A DNA stretch of 63,630 bases, the filler included, from Kipferlia bialata (taxonomy: Eukaryota), in NCBI GenBank assembly GCA_003568945.1. It is 4 parts of 3 records of this genome, joined end to end, with 100 filler letters (N's around TTAATTAATTAA, not from the genome) between each part and the next. Parts side by side here need not be neighbours in the genome. Positions count along the whole stretch, not along the records: positions 1 to 27,674 come from BDIP01000065.1; positions 27,775 to 46,596 come from BDIP01000066.1; 2 more parts are not named here. The stretch is one strand, 5' to 3'. A program made the position numbers and the translations under genes. Position 1 is the first letter of the stretch; the number at the start of each line of letters is the position of its first letter. Positions 14,022 through 28,231 of the stretch are shown in pieces. Under the pieces are notes generated by a model, which worked only from the letters and a program-made list of their open reading frames with translations, had not been told where the DNA came from and did no database searches.

Positions 14022-17000
14022 ATGGACCCCCTCACCCAGATGTTTGAGACTGCCATGTCTGACCCTGAGTACAAGACAGGCATGGACCAGGGGGAGCAGG
14101 ACACAATGCGCACCATGTTCCAGGTAGAGAGGGGTGTGTAAGAGATGGATATGGATATGGATATGTGTATTTGTGTGTGTGTGTGTGTGGTGTCCACAGG
14201 GTTGGTATTGCTCACCCAGTTGGTGTCGCCTATGTGTGGGGATTGCTGCCTGCTGATCCCTTCCCTCTCTCTCCCCATAATCCTCTCACATCAGAACCCA
14301 GAGTTCCGTAGGCTCTTTGGGGACTTTGCCCGAGAGATGGAGGAGGAGAGGAAGAACGGGGAGACCAACATTGAGGACCAGATCAAGGCACTCACCAACC
14401 TGACAGAGGTAGGGTGTGATTGTATATTAGTATATGTATATATGTTTATGTGTGTGTACGTGTGTGTGTGTGTGTATTGAGGACCAGATCAAGGCACTCA
14501 CCAACCTGACAGAGGTATGGAAGTGTCATTGGGTTCATATAGTCACATAGCAGATATAGTCATGTTATTCCTATATACATGGAACCTCTCTCTCTCTCTC
14601 TCTCTCTCCCCTCCCTGCCCTTCCTCCTACTCTCCTCCACCTATGCTACTTTCGTTTCTGTCTGATACTCTGGTACACTCATGTCTATGTTATATATTTA
14701 CATACGTACATATATATATGTATCTATGTATCTATGTATATATATATATATATATATCCCTCTTTACCCCAGGCCCAGCAGACTGTTGAGAGGATAGTAT
14801 ATCCGTGACTCTACTCTGATATATATATGGATATATGTATTCATTCTTTCCCCCACCCCAGGCCCAGCAGACTGTGGAGGATCTCAAGGCACAGGAGACA
14901 GGGCACACAGGTGGGAGACACACCAACAGACACCCCCTTCACACATACACACCACTCTCTCTCTCCCCTCTGCCTAACCTGACCAACCCCACATATATGT
15001 CTAACTGGGTACCTTCTCCTCCCTGCCCCTGACCCCCAGGCCCCATGTCTGGCCTTCAGTCCATGCTGGCACAGGGGGACAAGGCAGATGGGAAGGGACA
15101 GGCACCACAGGGTATGGGACTTCACACACGCAGACACTTAGTCATAGACATGGTACTATTGTATTACTTTCTAAGTAGTCTTTGGTCTCACCCCCAGCCA
15201 TCCCCCCTGGTATGGAGTCCGTGCTCCCAGGTAAGAGTACTTTATATATGAATCTGTATGTTACATATGTAAACGTATATGTATGCACTGATAGTAGGTG
15301 CCACCCCCAAGGGTGACCCTGCCTCCCTGGCTGCCCTTGCCAAACACATGGCCATGGGGCAGAGGCCACAGCCTGGGAAGAGGTATGGATAAGTATATAT
15401 ATACATATACATATATTGTGTATACACATGTGTATGCATATGCATATATCAGTATATATTGAGCACGTGGCCATGGGTCAGACGCTGGACGCAGTCCTCA
15501 GGCTGGAAAGAGGTGTTTGCCCTTATACCCGTATTCTTCTATATACACACAATACATATATACTAGTCACGTGTCTATATATAACCCCAGGGCCCCACCC
15601 AAGAGTGTGGCCCATGTCCGCCCTGTCAACCAGAACACAGCCAGAAAGGGGGCCAAGGCAAACAAGAAGCCAGTGGCTGGCAGAAAGTGAGTCACACTGG
15701 CAGTGGTATACATACTCTAATTGTAATGCTCATTAATATATATATATATATACTGATTCTCCTTCTCACCCCCAGGTGGGTTGGGAAGAAGGCCACCACT
15801 GCAGCTGCCATGCTCCCACAGGTATGGGACAGTACACTATTAGTTAAGCACTGAGAGACATGATATGTATCATGATATGCGGTCTTAGTACAAATACATT
15901 ATCATTGAGATGTTAATAATTCATCTCCCCCCAGGTTGCCCCTCCAGGGGCACGCATTAGTATGTGTATATACAAGTATGTGCATATATATATCGGTTAC
16001 TATCTCTGTCTCCCCCTAGGCTGCCCCCTCCAAGGACATTGCCAAGGGTCTGGCAGGGAACAGACCAACAGTGGCCAAGAAGGTGTGTGTGTGTACTGTA
16101 GTCTTTCACTGTGTGGCTCCCACCCTGCCACTCCATCTCACCTTACTGTCAGACCCCTGCCCCCAAGGCCTCTGTCCCCCCCCACCGCATACTGCACCTG
16201 GACTCCATCCAGATGTCAGACTTCCTCGAGACTAGGTATATATATATACTATATGTCTATACATATGTAATCAACATACGTATAGTGTCACCTGCTGACC
16301 CCAGGATCAACACCAAGGGCAAGCCCAGCACCGGCCTGGCAGTCGACATCCAGCTGAAGGTGCACTCCCATTACATATACATGTATAGTCATGTATATAG
16401 TATATCACGTATCTATCTGTATTAATGTCTTCTCGTTATCCTTGACCCCAGGGCACACCCATAACACATACATATTCATGTATACACACATATATACATT
16501 ATTAGTGTATTCACCCCCCCTCACCCCCCAGGGCGTTGAGTCCATGGAGGGCGTGGATGTGTCAGTGGAGAGGAAGAGTGTATCTGGCAAGGACAGAGAC
16601 GTGCTGCAGGTATGGGTAGTGTATTCTTTATATATACACATATACACATATCCATCAGTCACTGGTATACTTCAACGGAGTCCCTCACTCCAGGTCACTG
16701 CTGGCTCCCTCTACGCCCTGTCCCTCCCCCTCCCCCAGCTGGTAGAGTCCACAACTGCCAGGGCTGTACTCAGGAGAGCAGCCCCACTCAACGGAAAGGC
16801 TAAGGCTAACGCGATGGTGTCTGAGGTATGCAGTGGTATATCAACACCGACACTCTCTCTCTCTCTCTCTATGTATACCCTCTCTCCTTATCACCCCCAG
16901 GTTGTCCCTATCCTGAGGGTCACGCTGCAGGTGCAGCAGGGCAAGGACGAGAAGGACGCGGTGCAGGCCTTTGAGGAGAGGGAGAGGGCAAGGCTGGACG

Positions 17001-17036
17001 GACTCACAGACGCAGATGAGGAGGTATCATGATATG

Positions 17037-17087
<51 letters not shown>

Positions 17088-17646
17088 TTCTCTCTCTCTA
17101 TAGTATATTGAGCTGGTATGTGCATTATGTACTGATCCCCAGGAGGCCGAGGCCGAGCTAGCCCGTGCCAGGGCCAAGGAGGAGAGAGAGAAGGAGGAGG
17201 CAGAGAGGGAGAAGGAGAGGAGGAAGAAGAGGGTGATTGCAGTGCAGACGGAGGAGGAGGCCAGGCGGCAGAGGGCTGCTGCTGCACGGACACCTGCAGT
17301 GGAGACAGAGGCTGAGGCAGAGGCCGAGGGTGAGGCCCTCCCCGAGCCTGACCTTGGCTCCCTGGTGTCCCAGTTCACAAAGGATACCCCACCACCTGAG
17401 GCAGGGGAGGCGCCCAAGCCTAAGGCACTGGTCTCGGAGCAGAAGCCAAAGAAGCCTAAGAAGGTGGGGCGCCTCAATCAATGATGGGCTATTATATACA
17501 ATCAATGGATAGTGTATGTATATTCAGGTATGGGTATTGTGATGTCTCAACCCCAGGCCAAGAAGCCCAGGGACGCCGTGCTAGAGATCAAGAGAGAGGG
17601 CAAGCGGAGCGTGTGGCTCACATACCCAGGCCTCGTGTCTCTATGA
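14022..17646 (+). CDS. DNAAF2: Kintoun/PF13-like axonemal dynein assembly factor (PIH1 family)
   Basis: Spliced MRTMFQNPEFRRLFGDFAREME resembles DNAAF2 AFQDPEFRRMFSQYAEEL. PPHRILHLDSIQMSDFLETR and LAVDIQLKGVESMEGVDVSV...YALSLPLPQLVESTTARAV...LRVTL resemble the PIH1 CS domain. TGA at 17644-17646. Confidence 0.7.
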
Positions 17647-17837
17647 GTGTAACAATAGACAGCATACTGTCCTAACAGATTCAAACTATACACCTAATCA
17701 AGTAAGTAGTACCAGAAACTCAACCCTCAATTCAAAACAACGTTCCGTTTTGGTCAAGGCCATTGCGTGTAGAGGCAGTGGTCCTTGACATGTTGTAAGC
17801 TGACGCCTCAGTCTCTCCTCAGAGCGTTCCTGACACC

Positions 17838-20800
17838 ATGTGTTATCTCTGGAAACCGGGGCCGTACCAGTCGAGTCTGGCCATCCTCAGCACCATCGTA
17901 AGCTTGGCGGCGCTGGCACTGTGTGTACCAGCAGTGAGGGGCGACTACTACGACGACGAGGTACCGCTAACGGGATACTGGAAGACTGAGGGGGAGAGCA
18001 ACCCCTTTGATCAGGCGGAGAGACCCCTTGCGGCAGATGGCGAGTGGGTTGCTATGAGGGCTGTGGACAGGGACTCAGACAATGCGTGGAGGCACTCCGT
18101 CCAGATGTACCACGACCTACCCGACGATAACCACTCCGTATACTTAGTAGCAACGCCCACACAGAGTATCTACATGCCCTACGCCGCCTTACCTGTAGAC
18201 ATTGTGATTGAGGGTAGCCACATGGCAGGTGCGTGTAGGGTGTGGTATATATAGAATATCATATATATCATATGTCATATATCTATATATGGGCTCCATA
18301 CATTATGTGAACGTTGTTCCCCTCTTGAATAATCGTTTTACAACAACCAACACTGCTAAGAGTAATTTTGTCACGTAGTGATGATATGCAATCCATTAGA
18401 GAGCTTGCGTCCCACACCAATACATCTCGCTACTTGTTTCCATTCACTCAGTGTAAATACTACATTATATTAAAGAGATTATATATATGCATTAATCAAT
18501 AGTCTTCTCCCTCTGATGGAGGTATCCAATCCTACTGTACTATGCATATATGTTTATATATACACAACTTGTATATATGTGTATATATGTAAGTATGGTT
18601 GTATATTGCCTCTGTATATTACTCTCTACCTAACACATAGTCACGTACCGGGAGGTCTACTCGCCCAGAAGTTTCTCGGAGGGTCACATCTGCCTCTTTT
18701 CTCTTGACGAGACCGACCCTGTCTCACCCACCTGGACACTCAGACACACTTTGAGACTGGACGACTACTCAGGACTGGACGAGGTGGGACACGATGATGT
18801 AAACAGAATGCTCAAGTATCTTCACTGTGTATGTATACTATACACGATATGTGACCTCACATTGAACAGTGACATTTGCCTAAATACCTGCGGATTTGGT
18901 CTGTATCTTTGGGAGGGCGGGGGAGGGGGGGGGGGTAGGGCAACTCAATGTATGGGGTCTATGACTCCAGCAGTCATTACTTACGACACCCAGTATGAAC
19001 ATGTTACTTACTATCATACTCATCCCGCTATCAGATATATTTATGGCAATGACGTTTCTCTTACCACAGTGGGGCTACAACTTAGCTCTGTCTGACAGTT
19101 CTCTCGTTACATTTGGGGACTACTGGCCCTCCTTACTACTGTGGCACTTCCCCTTGGAGTGGGAGGGAGACTCAGTGTCTGTTGGGGATCCTGTGGTGTT
19201 GGCAAACCCAGAAAGAGATACAGATAGTGCAGCCGTACTGGGCTCTACTCTCATGGTCGGAGGGGCAGGAGAGGTATATCACGTTATGTATACAATGCAA
19301 CTGAACCAGCTTCCACTCATCCTAGGTCGTGGTGTATGACACCTCCCTAGAGAACTGGAGCCAGAACCCCACTCACACTCTCTCTCGGGACGTGACGGAG
19401 GATGGCCGGACCACTGATGGACGCTTCGGCTATCAGGTACGGTGCTACTCATGTTACCAGTTCACAATATCTGTTCTCACCTGATGCGTCATGCACTGAT
19501 CCTCAGGTGTCTATGACGACTGGATATGAGGACCAGGGGAGAGTCGCAATATCACAGCCTGATTGTGGGGACAGCGGCATTGTACACATATACGAGTGCA
19601 GCGATGAGGGGCTGTGGACCTTCCAGCAGAGTATTACCAATGGACAGCACACCAATTACTACTATCCCCACTGGTTTGGGTATAGGATAGTACTCAGAGG
19701 CTCCACTCTAGCAGTGGTGGACTTCACCTATCAGGACACGTGGCAGGTGTGGCGCCTCAGCCCGCTACCTGGTGCCTCGTGGGCAATTGATGACCGGGTG
19801 GTTGAGTGCAGCACCTGTGAGGGCGACAATCTGGCCATCAATGACCACTCCATCTACATGGGGGGCAACACTGAGTACGGCAAAGTGTGTGGCGGTGCCG
19901 TTCCTGAGTATCGACTAGTGAATCCAGACATGGCATCATTGAGTCTGAAGACCACGTGCCAGACAGCCACCCTCAATGTGAGGCTGTGGGGTCACGACGC
20001 GGCTGACTATGCAGGTGCCACTGGTTCGGTGACTGCCAGGTGGGACGATGGAGACTCTGGGGTGGACGATATGATCCTGGTGTGGAATGAGGGAAAGGAG
20101 TACCTCACGCTTGAGATCACTACTCCTACTACAGCCGGGTCCCATGACCTCCACTTTCTCTGCAACAGAGAGACCATTGGAACCGCAGACGTACATCTAC
20201 AGAGAAGGGCAGACCCAGCACGGTTTGAATTGTCACAGGTCGACCCATTCCTACAGTATGGTGCCCTTTTAGAAGTACAGGCAATCCCCTATGATTACTG
20301 TGGGTTTGAAATGGAACGAGTGTATTATTCCATCTACTGGATAACGGGATGGACTTCGACGCGATACCATGAAGCAACCGTGACCAAAGCCGATGGGTTC
20401 TCTCTGTCCCATACCATGCCAACAGCACAGGAGACACGCTACTCGTGGTTCGAAGTCAAGGCCTACGTAGGCAGTGTGGTTCTGTCAAGTCAGGGCTGCC
20501 TCTATGTAACGCAGCTCACGGACGCCGATGGTGCTCCATGGTACGTCGCCCCAACCGTGCAAACCTTTAATCTTCCTGACATCTGTGGACAGACCACAAG
20601 GGCTCGCTTCCATCTGGAACACATAACATGGTCTGACGATGGATTCCGTTGGAGCCGATTACCTTGGAACGCCGATCCCACCATCCGATGCAACGACGTG
20701 GAAGTCGACTGGCACTGGAGTGCTGCGAACAAAGGTTACTATGGGAAGGTTACTAACCCAGTGGAAGAAGGGGTCCAGTCGGTCTACTCCTACTCCTTGA

Positions 20801-23800
20801 CTGTGGATGGGGTTGAGACTCTGGTGTACTCTGGGTCAGAGGGTTGGTCTCCTTCTACAATGGCTACGGTAACAGCACTCTCAACAGACACGGGGGTAGG
20901 GACGTGTGGATCTGGGTATGTCACGTTCGAGTTCTCCGAGGGTTCTTCGCATGCCGCGGAGCTAGAGGTGGTTTGGGGTGAGACTACTGTGTCAACTGCA
21001 ATTGGGGACCCACGCTATCAAGGATATGGTGTATACAAGCAGAGTCTCCAGATGCCAGAGACAACAGGTAGCCACACACTCTCGTGGTACCTATACGGTA
21101 TCCTACTGGAGACGTCAGAGCCATTTGATGTCGATCAGTCGTCTATTGTGTCGCTGATGTTGGATCTGGAGAGTGAGAGAGAGAGAGACGTGAACTGGAC
21201 TCCTCCTGGACAGACGGTGGTTGCGAGTGTTGGTGTTGTGAACGAGTGTGGGAGCTACGTACCGAACGCTACTGGACTGATACCTACAATGTCAGTGAGT
21301 GGTGGGCCCCTCGCTGACCCAGTGACATTCCCCATCTCCGGCACCGCTGTTTGTGAAGTCGAGTTCTCTCTTGAGGATGAGGGCGAGTACACGCTGGAGG
21401 CCACGTTAGGAGAAGAGAGTCTGCAGTCTCCGCTTACAGTGGCCGCTGCTTTTGCTAACTATGGCAACTTTGTCTCTAGCTACCACACAACAATGACCGG
21501 TCTGCCTGAGGAGGTGGACACAAGCTTCTTGTACGTCTCTTCTGTCACGTACATACTGTCACCATATAGTATGTATACCATATTCATTGATGAGTATAAT
21601 ATTGTTACTCATTTTGATACTCACCACAGTGTTAAGGTTATACTGCGTGACCTCGATGGTGACAATGTCACTGGACCCTGCACTCTGACGTGGGAGGGGG
21701 AGGAGGTGACACTCAAGAGGGTCTATGGGTCAGCTTACTACTACTACCGTCTACCCTTCTCAAGCTATTCAATGACACTGTCGGAGCCAACTGCCTTTAC
21801 GGCCACCCTCTCTGTGAATGGCTACCCAGTGTTGTCTGAGGAGGTGTGTGTGTCGTGTATGTCACAGTTCAGTGCGACGACAGCCATCGGCAGTGAGTAC
21901 ACATGCGACGAGACCACTCTCACTGTGACCTTCCAAACCGACCAAGGGGAGCCCTTCTGCGATGTGCTTGCATCTCGGCTGACAGCAAAGTTCAGTTCTA
22001 GTGGTTCAAGCACATACACGTTTGCCAAAGACGAGGACACTTGTGAGTACACCACCTCTCTGACCACCCCACAACATACCCAGGAGCAGTTGACTGTATT
22101 CCTCGCTGGGGAGTCTGCCTCGGACTCACAGGAGTGGCTGGTTAGTGACACATGGACCCACAGATGGAGTGGAGCAGCGTCTTTGACAAGCGCAAGAGAT
22201 ACTCTCAGGTCGAGAGAGGACCAGTGTTTCTCTCTCACGGCCGAGAATACTTGTGGGACCGACAGTAACGGGTTGCGCTTCAGAGTGGTGTTCACCGACT
22301 CAGATGGAACAGTAGTGTACAGCACAGACATGTCACCCGGGACGTTGAACACCCAGTTCTCTGCTCTGGGATGGTACACTGCAAGTGTCACGTGTCTTGA
22401 GAGTCATGACATTGATTCCACCGCGTGTGCAGCCTTCTCTGAGTCCTTTGACTTCCATGTTGCAGAGGTGTGCGTCATTGTAGACAACAACCACTACGGA
22501 GTGTCTCCTGCATCATCTAGTGTGTCAGGTGTTCCCACTATCCTCTATGAGGAATACAGTCTCGACTTGGTACTAGCAGATCACTCTGGTACCCCTATCA
22601 GCGCTGACCTTTCCCCCTCACTGTCCTGGACGGGTATTGCCAATCGTGATAGTTTCGTATGGAACCAATCGACTGGACACTACTCGTACTCAGGGGTCCT
22701 TTCTCTGGAGCCTGGTACTGCGGCTACCGTCGAGGTCTACCTCCCCACATCATCCAACGCAGTGTATCTCTTCTCCGTGGCTGCTGTCGGGGCATGTGCA
22801 GTGACTGGCCTCCTCTCATACCCACTGTCCACAGACATGACCCCTTGTTCCCCTCTAGAGGTGGAAGTCTCTGCCCTATGTGATGGTGTGCCGTATCAGG
22901 GCGACCTCTCTGAGTGGGTGTATCCTCTGATCAGGCACCCTGACACACAAGAGAGCTACTACTCCGACACCCTAACTTACGATCCTCTGACGCACAAGAC
23001 CACTGCCACCTTCACCCTACCCAGTGTGCCCGGTTCCTACGGTGCCAACCCAGTGGACTACGCACTACTTCTGCTGAAGGTGTCAACCAGTGGAACGTAC
23101 ACTCTCCATGACGAGTCTTTCAGCATGTCCCAGACAGTGGACATCGAGACACTCTCTCTTTCTGTGTCAAGTACTATGATTGAGATCAACGATTCTCTTG
23201 AGGTCAGTGTCACCGCTGGCAATTCTTGTGGCTGTGCTCTCGATAATTACCCGGTCACTTACACTGTTACGGACGAGAGTGGTGACGATGTCTTCACCAG
23301 AACCACTACAACTGCTACAACCACTGTGGATATCGGTGATCCCTCCAGCGCTGTCTTTGCTTCGGAGGGGACATACACTGTCTGCATAGGTCTTGATACC
23401 CAGACGGTGTGTGAGACAGTCGACGTGGGAACGTGTGTGACTGAATATGATGGGATCACATACCTCATATCCGCTGACCACTCCGAGTTGGAATACAGTG
23501 CAGAGGATGAGGTGGTCTCCCTGTCTCTGTCGGACTCTAACGGCTCTCCTCTTCCAGTGTGTATCAGACGAGTCCGTATGTATCTGAATGAGAGCAAAGT
23601 GAACTACGCTTGCGCTGATGGGGTGTACCAGGTCATGTTAGACGACCTTGTGGTAGACTCCTCACCATACCAGAACACTCTGTCCTCTGGGGACTACACT
23701 CTGGTGGCCATGCTGGATGATGTTGAGGTGGCATCACTATGCTTTACAGTCCAACCGACGGAAGATGGCTCTGCTGACCCTTTGCCTATAGGTGTCATAG

Positions 23801-24342
23801 TTGCAGCTGGAACAGCACTGGTCTGCAGTGTGATAGGCGCATGCTGGGTGATATCTAAGAGAAAGGTGACCAGCATTGACGACGCAGAGGATGTGAGAGG
23901 GGAGTTAGACGGGGCTGGCGATGGTGCTGATGTCTATGAGTATGAGATCCACCCTGACCAAGTTGGGAACTGTCCTCCTAATGCCGTGACCAGTAAGGGT
24001 GGTCTAGATATGTGTCTCTCCCCTGTCACTGTGGTCCAGACACTCCCAGGCGGCGTTGCCTTCCCAGGTCAACTCCCAGTCCTGGTTCCATCCGAGGGTT
24101 GCCAAGCACCGGAAGAAGTCCAGTACGCTGTAGTAGCTACTCCTGGGTTAGTACCTGGTAATGACGCAACTGTAGTTCAGCCAAGTGTGGTTCCTCTTGT
24201 GCTCCACCCTCTAGACCCAGTACAGGCACCTGGTGTTGAAGATGCTGATGGTGCCGTGGAGTTGGAGTCTGAAACAGACTGCTGTAACTCTCGTCACTCC
24301 TCAGAGGCTAACAGCGCCGAGAGCTCCACGGATGGATACTAG
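17838..24342 (+). CDS. Large type-I membrane/surface protein: signal peptide, FG-GAP-like propeller repeats, repeated Ig-like modules, TM helix, cytoplasmic tail
   Basis: Hydrophobic N-terminus (LAILSTIVSLAALALCVPAVRG). FGYQVSM/WFGYRIVL/WGYNLAL repeats and Thr/Ser/Cys-rich beta modules. TM IGVIVAAGTALVCSVIGACWVI followed by SKRK. Several small 5' exons, then the long 19507-24342 reading frame. Confidence 0.75.
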
Positions 24343-24733
24343 GAGGGAGTATCGCTCAGTTCATGATTATGAAAGCGTGTATGTGTGTGTGTGTGGTTGT
24401 GTGTGTGTGTGGTACTGTGTGAGATGTGTGATGAATGAATATATGATTCAGATGTGACTAAGGTCATCCAGACAGATCATACAACACTAGGTATTGTGAC
24501 AAATATTATCCATACACTCACACACATATATATCAGAGACATTCGGTGCTCTTCACAACTTCCAGCTTTACAGAATGTTGTGTGTTGGTAAGTACGTAAA
24601 AGTACGTAAAACACCGGATCAATTTGTGACAAAGTTTCAGTATCTTTTAGTACTTGAAATCACATCCCGACACTCTCTTTCGAACGCACAGATACACAGA
24701 TACTTGTCCAGGGCCTAGCAGAGGATCCTCCAG

Positions 24734-27181
24734 TCAGTATACTGTTCTGAATGCCGTATCCACTTGGAACACCCTCAGCCTATTCCTCTCCAGGTCATAC
24801 CGGACCATGGCCCTGGGGTCTCCAATGACTCGGTTGGTATACACACCGTCACATGTGGTGGGGTCTCGAGACAGGTCAGATATCCACTTCTGGCGAACAG
24901 TATCATAGGCCTGGGGTTAGAAAAGACACATATCAATCTAACCAAGTAATCATTCCCTACTACTCAAATATAGGTAATACAACATACTGGTATACATACA
25001 TATAGAGTATCAAGTGAACATACCTCCCCTTTCACCTCCCTCCCCTCCTTCTCCCCGCCACACACCATGGACATCAGTGGGAGTATGTACTGTCCAGCAG
25101 CTATGTATGCCTCATAGCGACTGCAGCAGGTGGGCATACAGGCCTCAGTCCTCCAGCTACTGTCAACCCCATGACCATCAACACTACTGACCGTAGCAGA
25201 GAACGAATGGACATGGCGAGAGTATCTTCCGTCCATGATGTAGACACGAGATCCAACCACCACACACGGGGGAAACTCACGCATACTACCCCATAGTGTG
25301 TCAGGATGGTGCACTGGGGTAGAAAGAGACTCCCACATGGTGTGAGACGTTGCCAAAGACTATGCATCAACCTTTCCACTCTGTACAGCGAATAGATTGC
25401 AGGAGCCAGAATACACAATTGGAGAAGTATATTTACGGTATTAACAGTACACTATACTGCTTCTATTTGTACCATATACTACTACTTACCTATGTGTATC
25501 GGTATGATATCGCCAGACAACCAAAGATATCTGTCTTTCCGGATAGTAGCCTTGTACTTTCTCTGCCTTAACAAAAAAGCCAGTGACGAGGAAGAGGTCA
25601 TCATCCAACGAAAAGAGGCTGCAACTGGGGTGAGAAGAGTGCTGCAATACAAAATACTACTGAACACCTATATGTGACCTGATCCTATGTAGTGTTGATT
25701 CCCGAATGGGATACATATACATTACCATATACGAGTGCATGTCATGAGTAGTGTACCCATACCTCTTGACATCACACTCAGGTGTGGGGCAGTCTGGGGT
25801 CCCTATCACCATTGTCCACTCTCTGGTGTCTAGGGCCATACAGAGCAGCCTACCCCTCTCATATCGATATAGCTCTGTACCAACAACCTAGGTGTTTAGA
25901 CACTCAGAGAGGCTATGTCTATAATAGCAGATATACAGGGGTCGAGTAGGCGCCAGCATTGACCACATGATCGATATAGGTACTCCAACACAACTGCAAT
26001 ATCCTCACCCACCTGATAGAGACAGAGAGTGGCATAAGGTTCTCTCACTACAGTACCAGGATCGGGCAAGATTACATCGGGAACGTCTAGCGTCTCAACC
26101 TATGCATCAGAAGTATATGTGACGCCGAGTACTGCAATAATGAATAATACGACTAAAAATAGTTCCCTCACCTTACACTTTGGCCCACACCGAGTGTCGG
26201 GATCAACTCCATCGACAGGAACGGTGACAATATGGTTTCCTGACATGAGGTGGATTCTATAATGTCCCAAAGAATCCATCCAACACGTGACACACTCAAA
26301 GAGTATATATATAGTATATAAATTGGATACAATAAGATCTTACGAAACATACATAAAGTGTAGAAGAATGTGTAGAGTATACATACATATGTATATAGTA
26401 CACATATATATTGAGACCCAGAGATCTATATACACTGCCACCCTTACCTTGCAGGAGGAACTCTCTATCGGACAGTATGGCGAGAGCCTCCCTTGGCGGG
26501 GTGTATCCCCTAGAGTCAGACAACAGTTCAGTAATACGAGTAGAGAGGCAGGAGGTTAAACACTCAGTGCCATAACCTACCCAGGAAAGTGCGATGGATT
26601 CATGAGAGGAATGTCCATAGCATACTCCCTGACCCTTACAGGCATCTTGCACTGGGGTAAGGAATAATACTGCATAAATAGAAAAGGAGATGTGTGTGGA
26701 AAATCAATGTATAATAGTGGCAGTATATAAACACTCACCAAGAAGTTGCATCTCTCTGAGTGCACGTTATAGAACGCGTCCTCCCAAGCCAACTTCCTCT
26801 TCTTGACTGAGAGCAGGTGCCAGCCCTGGCCCTTGCTAAAGTGAGGATCTGACAGAGTGATACAGACGACTACCTCTAAAGACCGGCAGAATATACGAAT
26901 ACAGGACCTGAACATTCATATATATCCACACATACCTGGACACTCCAATATCGCACACACAGCCACCACCATAGCATGTCAGGTAGTTCTCTGGGTGCAT
27001 AAGATGGGGGAGGGTACAATGGAAGTGGCAAATGAATGTTCTCTATATATACTATACACCACATACTTCTGACTCTCCAGTCCCGACCACTTGCCATAGA
27101 GACAGCATCCTCCAACGAATGAGAGGTGGGGTAGTATTCACTCCATAGGTCAGCCGGTACATGGGTGGACAGATACCCTAG
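24734..27181 (-). CDS. Kelch-like beta-propeller protein, possibly a decaying pseudogene
   Basis: Exons give VVGTELYRY...MALDTREWT, LFSLDDDLFLVTG...WRYHTDTH, CVVVGSRVYIMDG and AYDTVRQKW. Some acceptors are non-canonical or phase-inconsistent. 5' end uncertain. Confidence 0.55.
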
Positions 27182-27674
27182 GGGTGGCTGGGATGTTAGA
27201 GAGAGGGAGTTTGAGGGTAGATATATATAGAGATATGGAGTGGGGGTCAGAAATGTATCTAACCAATTACAGAGTACTTGCCTCTGAATGTGAGTAGAGG
27301 AATGCCCTCGGAGAAGAGATAACATATAGACGGGAAAAATGTGAAGGGAGCGAGAGAGAGAGGGTGTATTCCAGGCAGGAAGGGTTTGTGTGTGTGGGGG
27401 GGGGGGGGGGAGGGGGGGGGGGGGGGGGGGGGGGGATATATGGAACCTATAAATGCATCTATATATACATGTGTTCGGTCCTCCCTAGGTATGCGAAGAA
27501 GCTAGGAAACTACAGTTGCTATGTACTTTGCTGTATGAATCATCTATAGCCTGTAGGATACAGTATACCTCTTCCATTCCGCACTGCATCCCAAGGCGTG
27601 TGTGGGGTGATATACTCCAGCCTCTCTAGCATCTTGTGTATCGTGCTCCCACTGCACCCCCTCTCTAGCCTCCT

Positions 27675-27773
27675 NNNNNNNNNNNNNNNNNNNNNNNNNN
27701 NNNNNNNNNNNNNNNNNNTTAATTAATTAANNNNNNNNNNNNNNNNNNNNNNNNNNNNNNNNNNNNNNNNNNN
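27675..27773. other. Scaffold gap containing artificial all-frame-stop linker TTAATTAATTAA (27719-27730)
   Basis: About 100-nt N block with a central 12-mer; the same construct occurs at 46597-46696 and 61028-61127. Confidence 0.95.
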
Positions 27774-27774
27774 N

Positions 27775-27816
<42 letters not shown>

Positions 27817-28134
27817 AGAGAGAGAGAGAAACCTGAGGGAGTAGATATATACATCAAGGAACATAATATTGGATGTAAAGGATGGTCACTGAAAGGTATG
27901 GGAATACATTTGAGGAATAGAAGAAAATATGCATGGAAGTCTATCACAAAGAGGGGAGTCCACACCTTGGAACAGCAATAGACATAAGTGAGTAGACAAC
28001 TGTGGAATATATAAGCGATCAAGAGTGTATTAGCATGACACAGACAAATATACAAAGTCGGTACCGGTACCGGTACCGCCAGTACCAACAATGCGAGTGA
28101 CGCACACAGCCTACCCTACCACATCCCCACTCAC

Positions 28135-28231
28135 CTCTGACGCCATCACTGACGAATGTGTTGAGCAGCGTTGTCTTGCCTGCCTCCAGACCCCCCAGCA
28201 CAGCCACGTTGATACGCAGGATGGAACTCAT
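28135..28231 (-). CDS. First exon of a Ras-superfamily small GTPase; remainder lost in gap
   Basis: MSSILRINVAVLGGLEAGKTTLLNTFV: beta strand plus GxxxxGKT P-loop, followed by a GTGAGT donor. Confidence 0.75.

Noticed and set aside
27719..27730. Palindromic TTAATTAATTAA, three copies in the window
   Set aside because: Always centred in ~100-nt N blocks; an artificial six-frame-stop contig linker.
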